A stretch of 64,000 nucleotides of DNA from NCBI RefSeq assembly GCF_009914755.1, contig NC_060932.1. One strand, given 5' to 3'. Below are positions 1-14,430 of the stretch, one piece after another. The stretch's first letter is position 1. Each line of letters opens with the position of its first letter. The position numbers and the translations under genes were made by a program. Source of the DNA: the human T2T-CHM13v2.0 reference genome, Homo sapiens. The notes beneath the pieces are model-generated. The model had not been told where the DNA came from, did not search any database, and saw only the letters and a program-made list of their open reading frames with translations.

Positions 1-254
1 GGAAATATGTGAAGTGTTCATATTAGCCATCTAGCCAGCCCATGTTACCACATCCTCTCCATTCAATTTTCTTCTGTAAACATATCTTGAGTAGTCAAAA
101 TCAAACATACCAAAAAACCCACAGCAATGTGTATCTTCCTAGAATTATATTTATCTCAAATAAAGATTCTTATCCCAACTAGCCTCAAAACCATCTCCAG
201 CAGAATCCATTGGCAACTGACATCCAATGCTATAACTTCTGTGTGTTCACAGTC

Positions 255-786
255 TCACGAGGAACAATTCTTGCTCTTCTTCTGTGCCTGGGCCATCTGG
301 CATGTGCTCGGAGGGGTAAACACCAAGGGATCTTTAAAGCCCAGCCATGTGTCAAAAAATCACACGGACAATATCACACTGTAATTTTTGATAAATGCTT
401 CCCGGACAGGGCAACAATCCTTGACTGTATAGATGCCAATCCAGATTTCCTAGGATCTGGCTGACTTTCTGTCCGATGACACCTGGACAGTGGTCTGCAC
501 CTGGGGGCCCCCAGTAGAGTATTGATCTTCAAAGGTGGAGTTCTGTGGAATGTCAGGAGGCTCCTAGGGCTCTGTCAGAGTCATCTTTGAGCACTGCTTG
601 GTAGCTTTCTCAGTCTGAAACATCACTCCATCCTTACGGAGCAAAATATATTCAAATAATCTCTTGCAGGGAATTATTACACCGTCCTCTCATCCAGCAC
701 TGCATGTGCTGGTTCAGACTATCCTAGGAGAATGGGGCACAGCTGATGCAACTGTTGCTCTGCTGGTACACAACCTGGTGACCATC
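255..786 (-). pseudogene. Processed, 5'-truncated pseudogene of EPDR1 (ependymin-related 1); 3'UTR-derived sequence probably continues toward position 1
   Basis: Minus-strand translation gives GHQVVYQQS...LNQ..VLDER../IPCKRLFEYILLRKDGVMFQTEKATKQCSKMTLTEP*EPPDIPQNSTFEDQYSTGGPQVQTTVQVSSDRKSARS*EIWIGIYTVKDCCPVREAFIKNYSVILSV*FFDTWLGFKDPLVFTPPSTCQMAQAQKKSKNCSS*, co-linear with recalled EPDR1 (..IPCKRLFEYILLYKDGVMFQ..DIPQNSTFEDQYSIGGPQ..KDPSVFTPPSTCQMAQ..). No introns; premature stops at 724-726, 564-566, 450-452, 360-362; frameshifts near 675-703. Confidence 0.92.
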
Positions 787-1364
787 TGATTTTCAATGAA
801 TGGCCATGAAATTTACCCATGTAACAAACCTGTACATGTACCCCTTAAACCTAAAATATGTTGGAAATAAAATAAAATAAAAAGTTGGAGAAATTAAAGA
901 AATAAATAAGAATGTTAAGACACTACAATAGGGGAAGAATACAACAAACGGTGCTGGGACAAGTGAATATCTACATGGAAAAGAATGAATTGGAACCTCT
1001 ACCTTACACCATATTTAAAGATTAACTCAAAATGAATCATAAACCCAAACATGAGAGCTAAAATATAAAATTGTTAGAAGAAAACATAGGAGTAAATACT
1101 TGTGACTTGGGGTTAGGCAATGATTTTTTTTAGATATGACACCGAAAGCACAACTGACAATATTAAAAATAGATGAATAGAACTTAATTAAAATTAAAAA
1201 CTTTTGTGCATCAAAGGAACCATCAACAGAGTGAGAAGGCAACCCGGGGAATCGGAGAGAATATTTGCAAATCATACCTGAGAGGGGATTAATATTCAGA
1301 ATATATAAAGAACTCCTAGAAATCAACAACAAAACCCAAACGACTCAATTTAAAAAATGGATGG

Positions 1365-1583
1365 CAGCCTGGGCAACATGGCAAAATCCCATCTCTACAA
1401 AAAATACAAAAATTAGCTGGGCATGATGGAACACACCTGTAGTCCCAGCTTCTAGGGATAAGGAGAGGGGCGCTGAGATGGGATGATCACTCGAGCAAGG
1501 GAGGTGGAGGCTGCAGTGAGCTGTGATCTGGCCGCCACACTACACCCTAGGAAAGAGTGAGACCCTACATTTAAAAAAAAAAA
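1365..1583 (+). mobile_element. Alu (J-like, 5' truncated)
   Basis: End of left arm, A-linker, right arm and A-tail. Confidence 0.85.
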
Positions 1584-1819
1584 TGACTTGAACAGACATT
1601 TCACTACTAAAGGAGACAGAAAAATGACCAGTAAGCACACAAACACATTCTCAAGATTATTAGCCATCAGAGAAATGCAAATAAAAATCACAGTAACATA
1701 CCATTTCATATTCACCAGACTGGCTATAATAAAAAAAGACAGACAAGTGTTGGTGAGGATGTGGAGAAATCAGGACCCTCATTTATTGCAGATGGAATTT
1801 TAAAATGGTGTAGTCATTA

Positions 1820-2062
<243 letters not shown>

Positions 2063-3884
2063 CTAGACCCAGTCCATTCTTAGGTATATATCAGAGAGAA
2101 AAAAAAACATATGTATACACAAAAACTTGCATATAAATGTTCACAGAGGAATTATTTATAATAGCTCAAAAGCAGAAACAATCCAAATGTTCTTGTATTG
2201 GTAAATGAGTAAACAAAATGTGGTATATTCATACAATGGAATAGTATTTACCAGTAAAAATTAATGAACTATTGACACATTCCATAAGATGGATAAACCT
2301 GGAAAACGCTAGTTACAAAGGTCATATAAGATTTCATTTATATAAAATGTCCAGAATAGGCAAATCCATAGTAACAGAAAGTAGTAAGTCATTGACAAAG
2401 TCTAGGTGGACCTCAGCTTCCCAAAGTCCTGGGATTACAGGCTTTAGCCACTGTGCCTAGTCCAAACGCCATTTTATAGGAAATGCAGAGGACAGGGGAG
2501 CTTGTTCAAATACTCATGTAGATGGAATTAACAATATCTAGTACAATTTCTATAAGGAAGCCAGGAAAAATGCTTATTTTCATTTTTAAGAAAAACAATA
2601 TTAAAAACAATGAGTTGATTCCCTATCACCCTTCAAAGAGAGCCAAATTTTTAAAGCATCATTATGAACTCACGTATTTACTTTCACTTAAGATTAGTAT
2701 AAATTGTAATTTGTGTTTTTCAAAAAAATTTCCAACTTTGTCTAAATTTTCAAACTTATTAGCATATAGTTATTCATAATTTTTGCTTATTATACTTTTA
2801 ACATATGTAGGATCTACCTGGGTATGTATAAAAATGTGCCCAGATATACATCCATGATTTTTTACTCTTGTAGGTATGTTTTATTTCAACAATAAAAGTT
2901 ATTTAAAAATAAAACAAAGAAGGCACAAGAGAGTCTTCCTTAGCCTGCTTAATTTACCCTTCATTTTTTATTTTAGGAAATGTTGCCTTTTGGTATCATC
3001 TGTGTCATGGGAGAAATACATAATTTCATGCTCAATTTAGAAAGAGTCCAGATGCTGTTACATTATTTAGTTGGCACTGGGTGGAAGTGTTGCTTAAAGA
3101 GAGACTTACGGTGCCAAAAATTTCTTTGCAATATATCATATTAAACACTGTTGATTTGTGTTTTAAATGTTGCCTAATGCTTTTTGTAGTATTTGAATTC
3201 TTATTGTAAACTATGGGAGCTATCTGCAGGGAATCCAAGGCCTTTCCTGTTTCTCATTTCCTTCATTTTTGGAGATAACATCACAGTATGGAGAGAGAAC
3301 CCAGTTATTTCCAAATCCATAGATTCACTGGGGCTGGGCAATGTCAAATCAGCACCTGAATAAATAAAACATGAGCCCATTAGTGCAAGCTTATATGACC
3401 TGTCAGCATCATTAGGCTTTGCTGTGCACAGGAAGCCAGCAGGGATAAGGCCTTTCATAATTATGGCATCTCTCAAGAGAGCCTAACAAATCCAGGCTTT
3501 GCTTTTTGAATAAGCATTCTGGTGTTTACTTTCCAGGCAAGGGTCTCACTTCATTTCTAGGTTGCTGTAATTCAAACCCTGCCCTCCTAGGAGTCCTCCT
3601 GCCCTGCTGTGAATGGATGCACCCAACTAGATTCCATGGAAATTCAATTCCGCCAACTTAACACACATAATGACCAAGCAGTAGCAGGCTTATTCACCAG
3701 GGTTTACATCCCTGATACTGGTATTCTCAAAGGTAGTCTCTGCAAGAACCCTCATATTTGACAGGATAAACTTGTTAACTTTATGATTCAAGCTCATGCA
3801 GTGCATGTTAATGTTTAGGAGTGCAAAGCTTAGGAGCGTGGACCTGCACCCAAAATGTCCAGATTCAAATCCAGCCTTGCCACT

Positions 3885-4629
<745 letters not shown>

Positions 4630-5248
4630 CCACTTACTAGCTGAGCAGCCTGAGACAAGTTTCTGAACCTTCCTGGGCCTCAATTTACTCATCTATAAAT
4701 GGGGGCCATAATATTGTCTATCACACAGGGTTCATGTGAGAATTAAATGGCATTATTATACATAAAGCACTTAGAGAAGCGCTCTAATACAGTAAGTGCT
4801 CTATGCATTTGTTTTGATTATTATTGTTATTACCTGTGTGAGCTCACGCAAGTAACAAGCTCTCTGTGCTTTTGTTTCGTATCTATAAAATGAAAATAAA
4901 AACAGTACCTGCTCTATAGGGTTGTTATAAATATTGAGTTAGTTAATTCATATACAGTATCTAGTGAATTGCCTAGCACATAGTCAGCACCCAATGAATT
5001 TTAGCTATTCTCATTTGATCTTTTCTATTTTCTTACATATGGAAATGCAGACAGGACGGTAGGTTGAATGTAATTTATGCCAAAGTTTTGCCGATTTTCA
5101 GGGAAAAAAATATTGCTTTTTTAATACATCTGTTATATTTTTCCTATGATCAAGGAAATACATTTTTATAATAATAAATTTGTAAAAGAGAAAAAAGTAA
5201 AATGTTCATAATCTTACTCTGCAATTACGTGTACTTTATATTTTTATA

Positions 5249-5329
5249 TTAGGTTGATGGAAAAGTAATCGCAGGTTTTTGCCATTGAAAGTAATGGCAA
5301 AAACCGCAATTATTTTTGCACCAACCTAA
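5249..5329. mobile_element. MADE1 (Hsmar1-derived MITE)
   Basis: ~80-bp palindrome TTAGGTTG..TTTTTGCCATT-GAAAGT-AATGGCAAAAA..CAACCTAA flanked by TA dinucleotides. Confidence 0.9.
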
Positions 5330-5664
5330 TATTAGATTTTTCTTTCCAATCTCTTCTTTACCATGCACAAACTCAGATCAGGGTAAAAGAAAATCATAAT
5401 TTTAAAATTTGGCCATTGATTTCCTTTTAGAGGAGAACAATTTCCCTTTAGTAAAATTCCTTTAAAAAATCACTTGGGTGGAAAGTGAGACTGTAAGGGC
5501 GTAATAAGTAGTTAAGAACACAGAAAGAAAGCTAAGCCACTCAGCATTCGGAATGAGCAATAATCTGTAAATACAGAGTGAGAAAAGTAAAGAGAAAGCA
5601 GAAAGGGAGTTAAAAAATATAATGAAATGGCTGAGGATCTTTAAAGAAAAAGAAAGTCCTGGAT

Positions 5665-5866
5665 CATTACTGCCATATGATCCAGCAGTCCCACTTCTGG
5701 GAATTTATCCAGAAGAATTGAAATCAGGACCTTGAAGAGATATATGCACTCCCATGCTCATTACAGCACTATCTGCAGTAGCCAAGATACAGAAACAACA
5801 CAAACCTCCATCGAGAGATGAGTAGCTTAAAAAAATGTGGCACATGCACACACACACGCACACACA

Positions 5867-5909
<43 letters not shown>

Positions 5910-6257
5910 ATGTTATTCAGCCTTAAAAAAGAAGGAAATCCTGCCATTTGCAACAACAGGTATGGACTAGAAGACATTATGCTAAATGAAATAAGCCAGG
6001 CACAAAAGGACAGACACAACATGATTCCATTTATGTAAGGTACCTAAAATAGTAAAACATAGAAGCAGAAAATAAGATGATGCTTTCCAGCAGATGGGCC
6101 AAGGGAAGAATGGGGAGCTGTTCAATGGGTATAAAATTACAGTTAACATAAAATGAGTAAGTTCTAGAGATCTGCTGTACAACATTGTGCCTATAGTTAA
6201 CAATACAGTGCTGTACACTTAAACAGTTGTTAAAAGTGAAGATTTCATAAGTGTCCT

Positions 6258-6295
<38 letters not shown>

Positions 6296-6435
6296 CAAAG
6301 GGACATAAGGAAACGTTTAGAGGTGATTGTTTATTACCTTGACTGTAGTGTTGGTATCACTGGTGCATGTGATGTCCAAACTTATCAAATTATATACATT
6401 AAATTAGTGCAGTTTTTATGTATATCAATCATACC
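5665..6435 (+). mobile_element. L1MA/MB 3' end containing (CA)n microsatellites (5846-5907, 6260-6292)
   Basis: GATCCAGCAGTCCCACTTCTGG..CATTATGCTAAATGAAATAAGCCAGGCACA..GATCTGCTGTACAAC. Confidence 0.8.
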
Positions 6436-6438
6436 CCA

Positions 6439-6694
6439 GGCCAGGTGCGGTAGCTCACACCTGTAATCCCAGCACTTTGGGAGGCCAAGGCAGGAGGACT
6501 GCTTAAGTCTGGGAGTTCAAATCCAGCCTGGGCAACATGGTAAAACCCTGTCCCTACTAGAAATACAAAAACTGAGGTGGGGGAATTACCTGAACCTGAG
6601 AAGGCTGAGGCTGCAGTGAGCCGTGATTGTGCCACTGCATTCCAGCCTGGGCAACAGAATGAGATCTCATCTCAAAAACAAAAAAAGAAAGAAA
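6439..6694 (+). mobile_element. Alu (J-like) with internal deletion
   Basis: Left arm joined to a partial right arm. Confidence 0.85.
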
Positions 6695-8224
6695 TTATAT
6701 CCCAATAAAACTGTTTCTAAAAGTTCTAATATTATAACTTTAATCATGTGTTACATAATGCCATCAATTTCCCCAAACTTAATAGTCTATTATCACCAAC
6801 AAAAGCTTTGTGTGTGTATGCATTTATGTGTGTATGTGAATCATGGAATCATGCTGAGGTCCATGTTTGGGCCAGTGTGGTGTCGGAGAGAGACAGCCTG
6901 CCCTGGTGTGACAGAAACTGACTATTCATGAGTATCCTTTATCTAATAAGAGGTTCCTTAAGTTTTAGCCAAGGACAAACCCATCTAGTTGAAGTCTACA
7001 TTTCCTACACTTGCAGTCGGGTATGGCCAAGTGTAAAGTTCTGGCCAATGAATTGGGAGAAGAAATGGTGAGTGCTAGTTCCTAGAATCGACTATAAAGC
7101 CTCCAACACATCATTGAAAAGACAGTGCATCAACCTGAGATCCTGGACTTTGAACCAGATACAATAGTTTGTTAAGACTTTTGATTGCCTCCCCTGGGGA
7201 AGAGCTGAGTGTATCCTGCAACGAGACGACATAGGTGGTGAAAGCTACACAGACTTCAAATGGGCCAGACTCTCTAGTGTCTAGTGTAACTGCAGAATTA
7301 GGGGCCACAGAGAACAACAGACAAGGTGATTCTTCCCGAAGAGTAGAACCAGAGTCCAACCAAAGCATCACTCCATTGCTAGCTAGGGCAGGGAGTCTTC
7401 ACAATCCAATGCTTCCAGATTTGATCATTGCTATGGACCACTGGCTGTGGTGACTTCACATTCTTTGCTTTTCCAAGTAAGCGTTTTTGTAACAGTTGTA
7501 CTGGTCCTAGTCCACCATTTCATACTGCATACAAAGGAAAAGATACAGATGATGTGATTTTTTTATAGGTCATAAGACCGTGCGTAGCATCTCCAAACTT
7601 GGTGGAGAAGAATGCACATCACCTTGAGATCCTAGCCATTAAACTGGATGAGATTTTGAGGTGTCTCACTGAAGGAGGTATCAGTGTGTTCTGTACAGTG
7701 GAAGGGAACAGTGCATTAACTTTTAAGTGTCCAGAGAGAACAACAATGGCAGACTGCTAATAGTTCCCCACCATCTCCATGTTTCCCTTCTTCCACAGTA
7801 ATAGCTGTTACTGGATCCAAGTAAGCCAAGTAAAGCTACATTTTCCAGCCTCCCTTGCAGCTAGGTATGGCATGGGATATAAACAGGATTGATATGTGCC
7901 ATTCCCAAATAATTTATCCAAAAGAGTTGAGCATGCACTGTTCTGGCTCTTTTTGTCCCTTTCTTAATGCTTGGAAGATGATGAGAGCTGAAAGCACTTA
8001 CCAGACCTAGACTTTCTATCTCTAGACAAGTGTTTTCCAAGCTATCTGTGGTGAAGGACAATCTCTCATTAACTCACACTTTTGAGACATATTATAAAAT
8101 GGTTAGAAATCATGAAATAGACAAAAAACAGATTTTTTTATTATTTTATTATTAGTCAGTAATATTTTATTATTAGTCAAATAATATTTTATCATTAGTA
8201 AGATTATATTTCAATAAATATAAT

Positions 8225-9330
8225 AACAAATAATATAGAAAAATTTTTTAAATTGGCTACATTAAATTTACCAAAAGACATGCAGACTTCTTCACTGAAA
8301 AGAATAGAATATTGTTGAAAAAACTTAAAGAAGACCTTAGTAAATGGAGCAATATAGCATGTTCGAGGATGGGAAAACTCGATATTCTCAGTTCTTCCCA
8401 AATTGATTTATGGAGTCAATGGAATCCCCATCAAAATTCCTGCTAGTATCTTTGTTGAAATTCACAAGCTAATTCTAAAATTTATGATGGGAATTCCTGC
8501 AGACGTAGAACGCAAAACTCATTTTTAAAAATATAAAGTTGGAGAGGCCAGGCATGGTGGCTTACACCTGTAATCCCAACATTTTGGAAGGCTGAAGTGT
8601 GTAGGATTGCTTAAGCTCAGGAGTTCGTGACCAGCCTGGGTAACATAGCAAGACCTCATCCCTACTAAAAATTTAAAAAATCAGCCAGGCATGGTGGCAC
8701 ATACCTGTAGTCCCAGCTACTCAGGAGGCTGAGGCAGGAGGATCACTTGAAACCAGGTGACTGAGGCTGCAGTGAGTCATCATTGTGCCACTGCAATGCA
8801 GCCTGGGTGACAGAGTGAGATCCTGTTTCAAAAAGAAACAAAAAAGAAATTGAAGGAAAACATCTGATTTCAAGATTTACTATAAAGCTACAAAAATTAA
8901 GACAATGTAGTATTGGTGAAAGCAAAAAGATCAATGTACAGAATAGTGAACTTAGAAATAGACCCATTTACATATGGTCAATTCATTTTCTACAAATGTA
9001 CCAGGGCAATTCAATGAAGAAAGGAAAGTCTTTTCCAGAAATTGCGCTCGAACAATTGTATATTGTTCTGTATAGGAAAAAAAGATCATTAATCCTTACC
9101 TCACACAATCACAAAAACTAGAAATATATTGTAAACCTAAATGGAAAAACAGCAATTACAAAACTTTTAAATGAAAACATAGTAGAGAAAATCTTTATAA
9201 CATTAAAGTATGCAAAGTTGTCTCATATGGGACACAAAAAACTCAAACTATAAAAAATATAATTATTTTCTTTTCAAAAGTCATCATTAAGAAAATCAAA
9301 AGACAAGCCACAGGATGGGAGAGTTATTTA
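8225..9330 (+). mobile_element. L1M ORF2 remnant interrupted by an AluJ (8546-8849)
   Basis: CAGTTCTTCCCAAATTGATTTAT..ACAAGCTAATTCTAAAATTTAT..GAAATAGACCCA..GGCAATTCAATG. Confidence 0.75.
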
Positions 9331-9632
9331 TAATTATTCATAATATATGTCTTTATTTAATTTATTTATAATATATTTATTTATAATAGATAAATTTATT
9401 TATAATAGATTGCTTATAATATAAATATAAACTTATTTATAATAGATATATATTTATATATATTATATATAAATCTATTTATTTATAATAGATATATATT
9501 TACATATATTATATATAAATCTATTTATTTATAATATATAAATCTATTTATTTATAATATATAAATATATTTTTATATATTTATATAATTAAATATAAAA
9601 TATATTTATTTATAATATATATAATATATATC
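9325..9632. repeat. AT-rich low-complexity / degenerate tandem repeat
   Basis: Almost pure A/T with recurring ATATAAATCTATTTATTTATAAT units. Confidence 0.85.
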
Positions 9633-9765
9633 TAACAAAAGGCTTATGTCAGGATATATGTCTTACAACTCAATAATAAAAAGACAAATAACCACATTAA
9701 AAAAGCTGAACATACACTCTACGAAAAAAGATATGCAAATGGCTGATGAACATATGAAAAGATGC

Positions 9766-9966
9766 TCAAGACCTCATCTCTATAAAAATTTTTTAAAAAA
9801 ATTAGCCAAACATAGTGACATGCACCTGCAGGGCCAGATACTTGGTAGGCTGAAGCAGGAGGATCACTCAAGCCCAGGGGGTGGAGGCTGCAATGAGCGG
9901 TGATTGTGCTACTACACTCCAGCCTGGGCAACAGAATGAGACCTTGTCTCAGAAAATAAAAAAAAG
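9766..9966 (+). mobile_element. Alu partial (J-like)
   Basis: Linker, right arm and A-tail. Confidence 0.8.
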
Positions 9967-10046
9967 TAACATTATAGTGCATTGATTGAAATAGGAATCT
10001 TGAGACATATATATATATACATACAAAAAAGGGAAATGCTAACTTA

Positions 10047-10238
<192 letters not shown>

Positions 10239-10931
10239 TTAAAAATCAATATTTAGCAACCACTATAGTAACAGCTGATTAAAGCAAAGAATCACAAATG
10301 GACACTAAAACTAGTGGGTGAGATTCTGATAAAGAACACAAAATTTACACAAAATAATAAGTACAATGTTTATTAACCTTACAGCTGAGAACTTAGCAGG
10401 CACAATTTTAACCAAGCGATAAACAGTAAAATCACGTGCCTCCTAATTTAATACCCTAAGAAGAACACAGAATCACTTCAATAAAACTTCTGAAAAGAAT
10501 ACATAACCTGAGGAAACCTATGAGGAAATAAAGAAATATCCATGAACAAATGTCAGACAAATCCAAACTGAGGGACATTCTACAGAGTAAATTGCCTGTG
10601 TTCTTCAAAATTGCTAAGGTTATAACAGCCAGATGGAGGCTGAGTTCCAGATTGGAAGAAACTCAAGACACATGACAACCAAGTGCTACATGTGATCTGG
10701 ATCGGAGCTTAGAGCTGGATGGGACACTGTTGGGACAACGTGAGTGGGATCCATGGATTTGAAGGTGGTATTGTCTCAATGTTGATTTCCTGATTTTGAT
10801 GGCTGCTCTGTGGTTATGCAGGAAACTCTCCTGGCTTTTAACAAACATTAAGAGGTAATGAGCATCGTATCCCTAATGAATTCCCTTAATGGCTCAGAAA
10901 AAAAGAAAGAAAGAAAGAAAAAAGATTATTA

Positions 10932-11455
10932 ATGTGTTGTTCTAGTTAATATGGCTGAGTAACTACCCCAAAAATGCAGCGGCTTATAACAACCAGTTAC
11001 TATGCTTGTGGTTTCTGTGTATCAGGAATTTGGACAGAAAACAGCATGGGAGGCTTCTGTCTGCTCCGTGATACCTGGGGCCTCAGCTGGAAGACACAAA
11101 GGGTTGAGCATGGAATCACCACTCCCTTGTCTGGTGGTGAATGCTGGCTGTCCGCCAAACCAATGCTGATGCTGTTGACTAGAAAACCTACCTGTGGCCT
11201 CCCCATATGGCCTGGGTTTCCTCATTAAATGGCATTTGGGCTCCTAGGGTGAGTGTCTCAGGAGTGGTAACGAGGCAGAAGTTGTATCCTTTCTAGGACC
11301 TAACCTCAGAAGTTGTGTAACCTCACTGCAGCCATATTCTATTTGTTGTAGCAGTATCAAATCCAAGAGGAGGGGCTATAGATGCATCTCTTGATGGGGA
11401 GAGGCAAGATTCTAGAAAAGCCTGTGGGACAATGGCTAACGCTGTGGCCATTCTC
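10932..11455. mobile_element. MLT1-family MaLR LTR
   Basis: TCAGGAATTTGGACAG..CTGTCTGCTCC..GGGGCCTCAGCTGGAAGAC pattern typical of MLT1F-H. Confidence 0.65.
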
Positions 11456-12340
11456 AGAAAGTACCATCAGCCATGTATGTACATACAGACAAAGAAAGGG
11501 AAAATAACACAAATGTGATAAAATATTAAAAGTAACAACCACAAAATATGGCTAAAGAGTATACAAGGGTGTTTTACATTTTCTCATAACTTTTCTGTGG
11601 GCCTGAAAGTATTTCAAAATACAAAGCTAAAAAATAAGCAATAAAAATGTAATTATCAAATTGAACTAATAATGTTAAACTGTGAATTTCAAATAGAATT
11701 GATTAAAAATAAAATCATCATTAAAAGTAGCATGTTGTAAAAATGTTTAAAATGCGGTTACATTATCCCAGACTAAACTCAGTATTTTTGCATTCAGTTC
11801 TTAATTGTAAAAGAGTCCTACTGCCCATGACTAGCCTATGTAGGCCCCATGACCATCACCGCACCACACATGTTCTCAGCATCCAGACGGCAACGTACAC
11901 TGCTCAGCAAGACTGGCCCAACAACCACACACGTGGAGGTCACAGCAATGTAAATTGCTCTAAAAGTTTCTAGATGCTTACACTCAATTTTAGAAACTAC
12001 CTCATCATGGCCCTTGAACAGGCTGTGGATCAACATCAGTGTGTAAACCACACTTAGAGTAGCACCATTTTAGGCTGCATTTTTGGTACTTTCGCTGAAG
12101 CGGCTCATGCTACCCTTTTTTAAATATTTTAGAGTTTTCCATCTAATTTGAAATGTCATTTTACCATAAATTAAATTCTCATATGTACTTGGCCTTGTTC
12201 TGGGTCTGATATTTTATTCCACTAGTCTTCACTGGCATCATGTTTGTTTAGTTACTACAACTTTAGATAATGGTTTACGTACTACTCTTCATTACAAGAT
12301 TTTCAGAAATCTCCCTGATGACCTCTAAAATACCTTTTTA

Positions 12341-12656
12341 GGCCAGGAGCAGTGGCTCACGCCTGTAATTCCAGCACTTTGGGAGGCCAAGGCAGGCAGA
12401 TCACTTGAGGCTAGGAGTTCAACACCAGCCTGGTCAAGAAGATGAAACCCCATCTCTACTAAAAATACAAAAATTAGCCAGGCATGGTGGCAGACACCTG
12501 TAGTCCCAGCTACTTGGGAGGCTGAGGCAGGAGAATCACTTGAACCCGGGGGCGGAGGCTGCAGTGAGCCAAGATCATGACACTGCACTCCAGCCTGGGC
12601 AAGAGAGCAAGACACTGTCTTAAAAATAAAATAAAATAAAATAAAATAAAATAAAA
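12341..12656 (+). mobile_element. AluS
   Basis: Full dimer, (TAAAA)n tail, TSD TAAAATACCTTTT. Confidence 0.92.
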
Positions 12657-12829
12657 TACCTTTTCAACTTGGAAAAGGATTACATTTTTACTTTTATTGG
12701 AATGTAACAAATAATTAATTTAGAGAGAAATATCATTAAATTTTCCCTTTCAGGAACATAGTATCTCTTTTAATTCATGTGCCTTCATATATTTCCTTCA
12801 GAAAAGTTTTACAATTTTTATTTCTTGTT

Positions 12830-13202
12830 TTATTTTTGTTTTTTAAAGTTTTTATTTCTATAGGTTTTGAGGGAACAGGTGGTATTTGGTTACATGAGTA
12901 AGTTCTTTAGCAGTGATTTGTGAGATTTTGGTGCACCCATCACCAGAGCAGTATGCGCTTAACTCAATTTATAGTCTTTTATCCCTCACCCCCTTCCCAC
13001 CTTTCTCCCCAAGTCCCCAAAGTCCATTGTATCATTCTTATGCCTTTGCATGGTCATAATTTAGCTCCCACTTATGAGTGAGAACATATGATGTTTGGTT
13101 TTCCATTCCTGAGTAACTTCACTTAGAATAATAGTCTCCAATCCCATCCAGGTTGCTGCAAATGCCATTAATTCATTCCCTTTTAGTATTCTGAGTAGTA
13201 TT

Positions 13203-13258
<56 letters not shown>

Positions 13259-13572
13259 AGTTTCTTTATCCACTCATTGATGGATGGGCATTTGGGCTGC
13301 TTCCATATTTTTGCAATTGCAAATTGTGCTGCTATAAACATGCATGTGCAAGTATCTTTTTCGTATGATGATGTCTTTTTCTCTGGCTAGATACCCAGTA
13401 GTGGGATTGCTGGATCAAATGGTAGTTCTATTTTTAGTTCTTTAAGGAATCTCCATTGTTTTCCATAGTGGTTGTACTAGTTTACATTCCCACCAGCAGT
13501 GTAGAAGTGTTCCCTTTTCACTGCATCCACACCAACATCTATTATTTTTTAATTTTTTGATTATGGCCATTT
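12830..13572 (-). mobile_element. L1PB/L1MA 3' end with internal (TA)n (13208-13254)
   Basis: Antisense L1 3'UTR/ORF2 C-terminus (ORFs 13061-13273 and 13442-13642 read as L1 ORF2 C-terminal remnants). Confidence 0.88.
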
Positions 13573-13889
13573 TAGTGAGAGTAGGGTTATAATTTTTATT
13601 TCTCATTAGATTTGTGTTATTCCTGGATATTTGAGGAGGCACTAACCAATACTGAAAGGAAGAATGAACATGTCATCAAGGCCAGCTTGAGCTTCAGCTG
13701 TGACAGTGGTAGGAATCAGAGTGGAGACCACAAGGCCTCTGCAAGAAAGTTCATGTCAGAGTCCAGAGAGTCTCCTAGGGTACACTTATCCTAAGGAAGA
13801 AAGTAAGGTGTGTAGGTTTGGTCTTGTGACAATACTTATATCATTAAAAAAGGAAGAGTATATTAGAGTGTCTAAGTCCTGAAGAAAGA

Positions 13890-14229
<340 letters not shown>

Positions 14230-14295
14230 TTATATAGTAGACTTCTGGAAGAAACTGAATCAAAAGTGTATGTAAGTAAATAAGAAAGCAAAAAG

Positions 14296-14430
14296 AGGCT
14301 AGGAGCAGTGGCTCACATTTGCAACCTCAGCACTTTGGAAGGCTGAGATGGGAGGATTGTTTGAGCCCAGGAGTTCAAGACCAGGCTTGGCAACACAGAG
14401 AGACCCCATCTCTAAAAATAATAATAATAA
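14296..14430 (+). mobile_element. FLAM/Alu monomer
   Basis: Left-monomer sequence with (AAT)n tail. Confidence 0.8.

Noticed and set aside
127-464. Plus-strand ORFs 127-384 and 210-464
   Set aside because: Antisense shadows of the minus-strand EPDR1 pseudogene.
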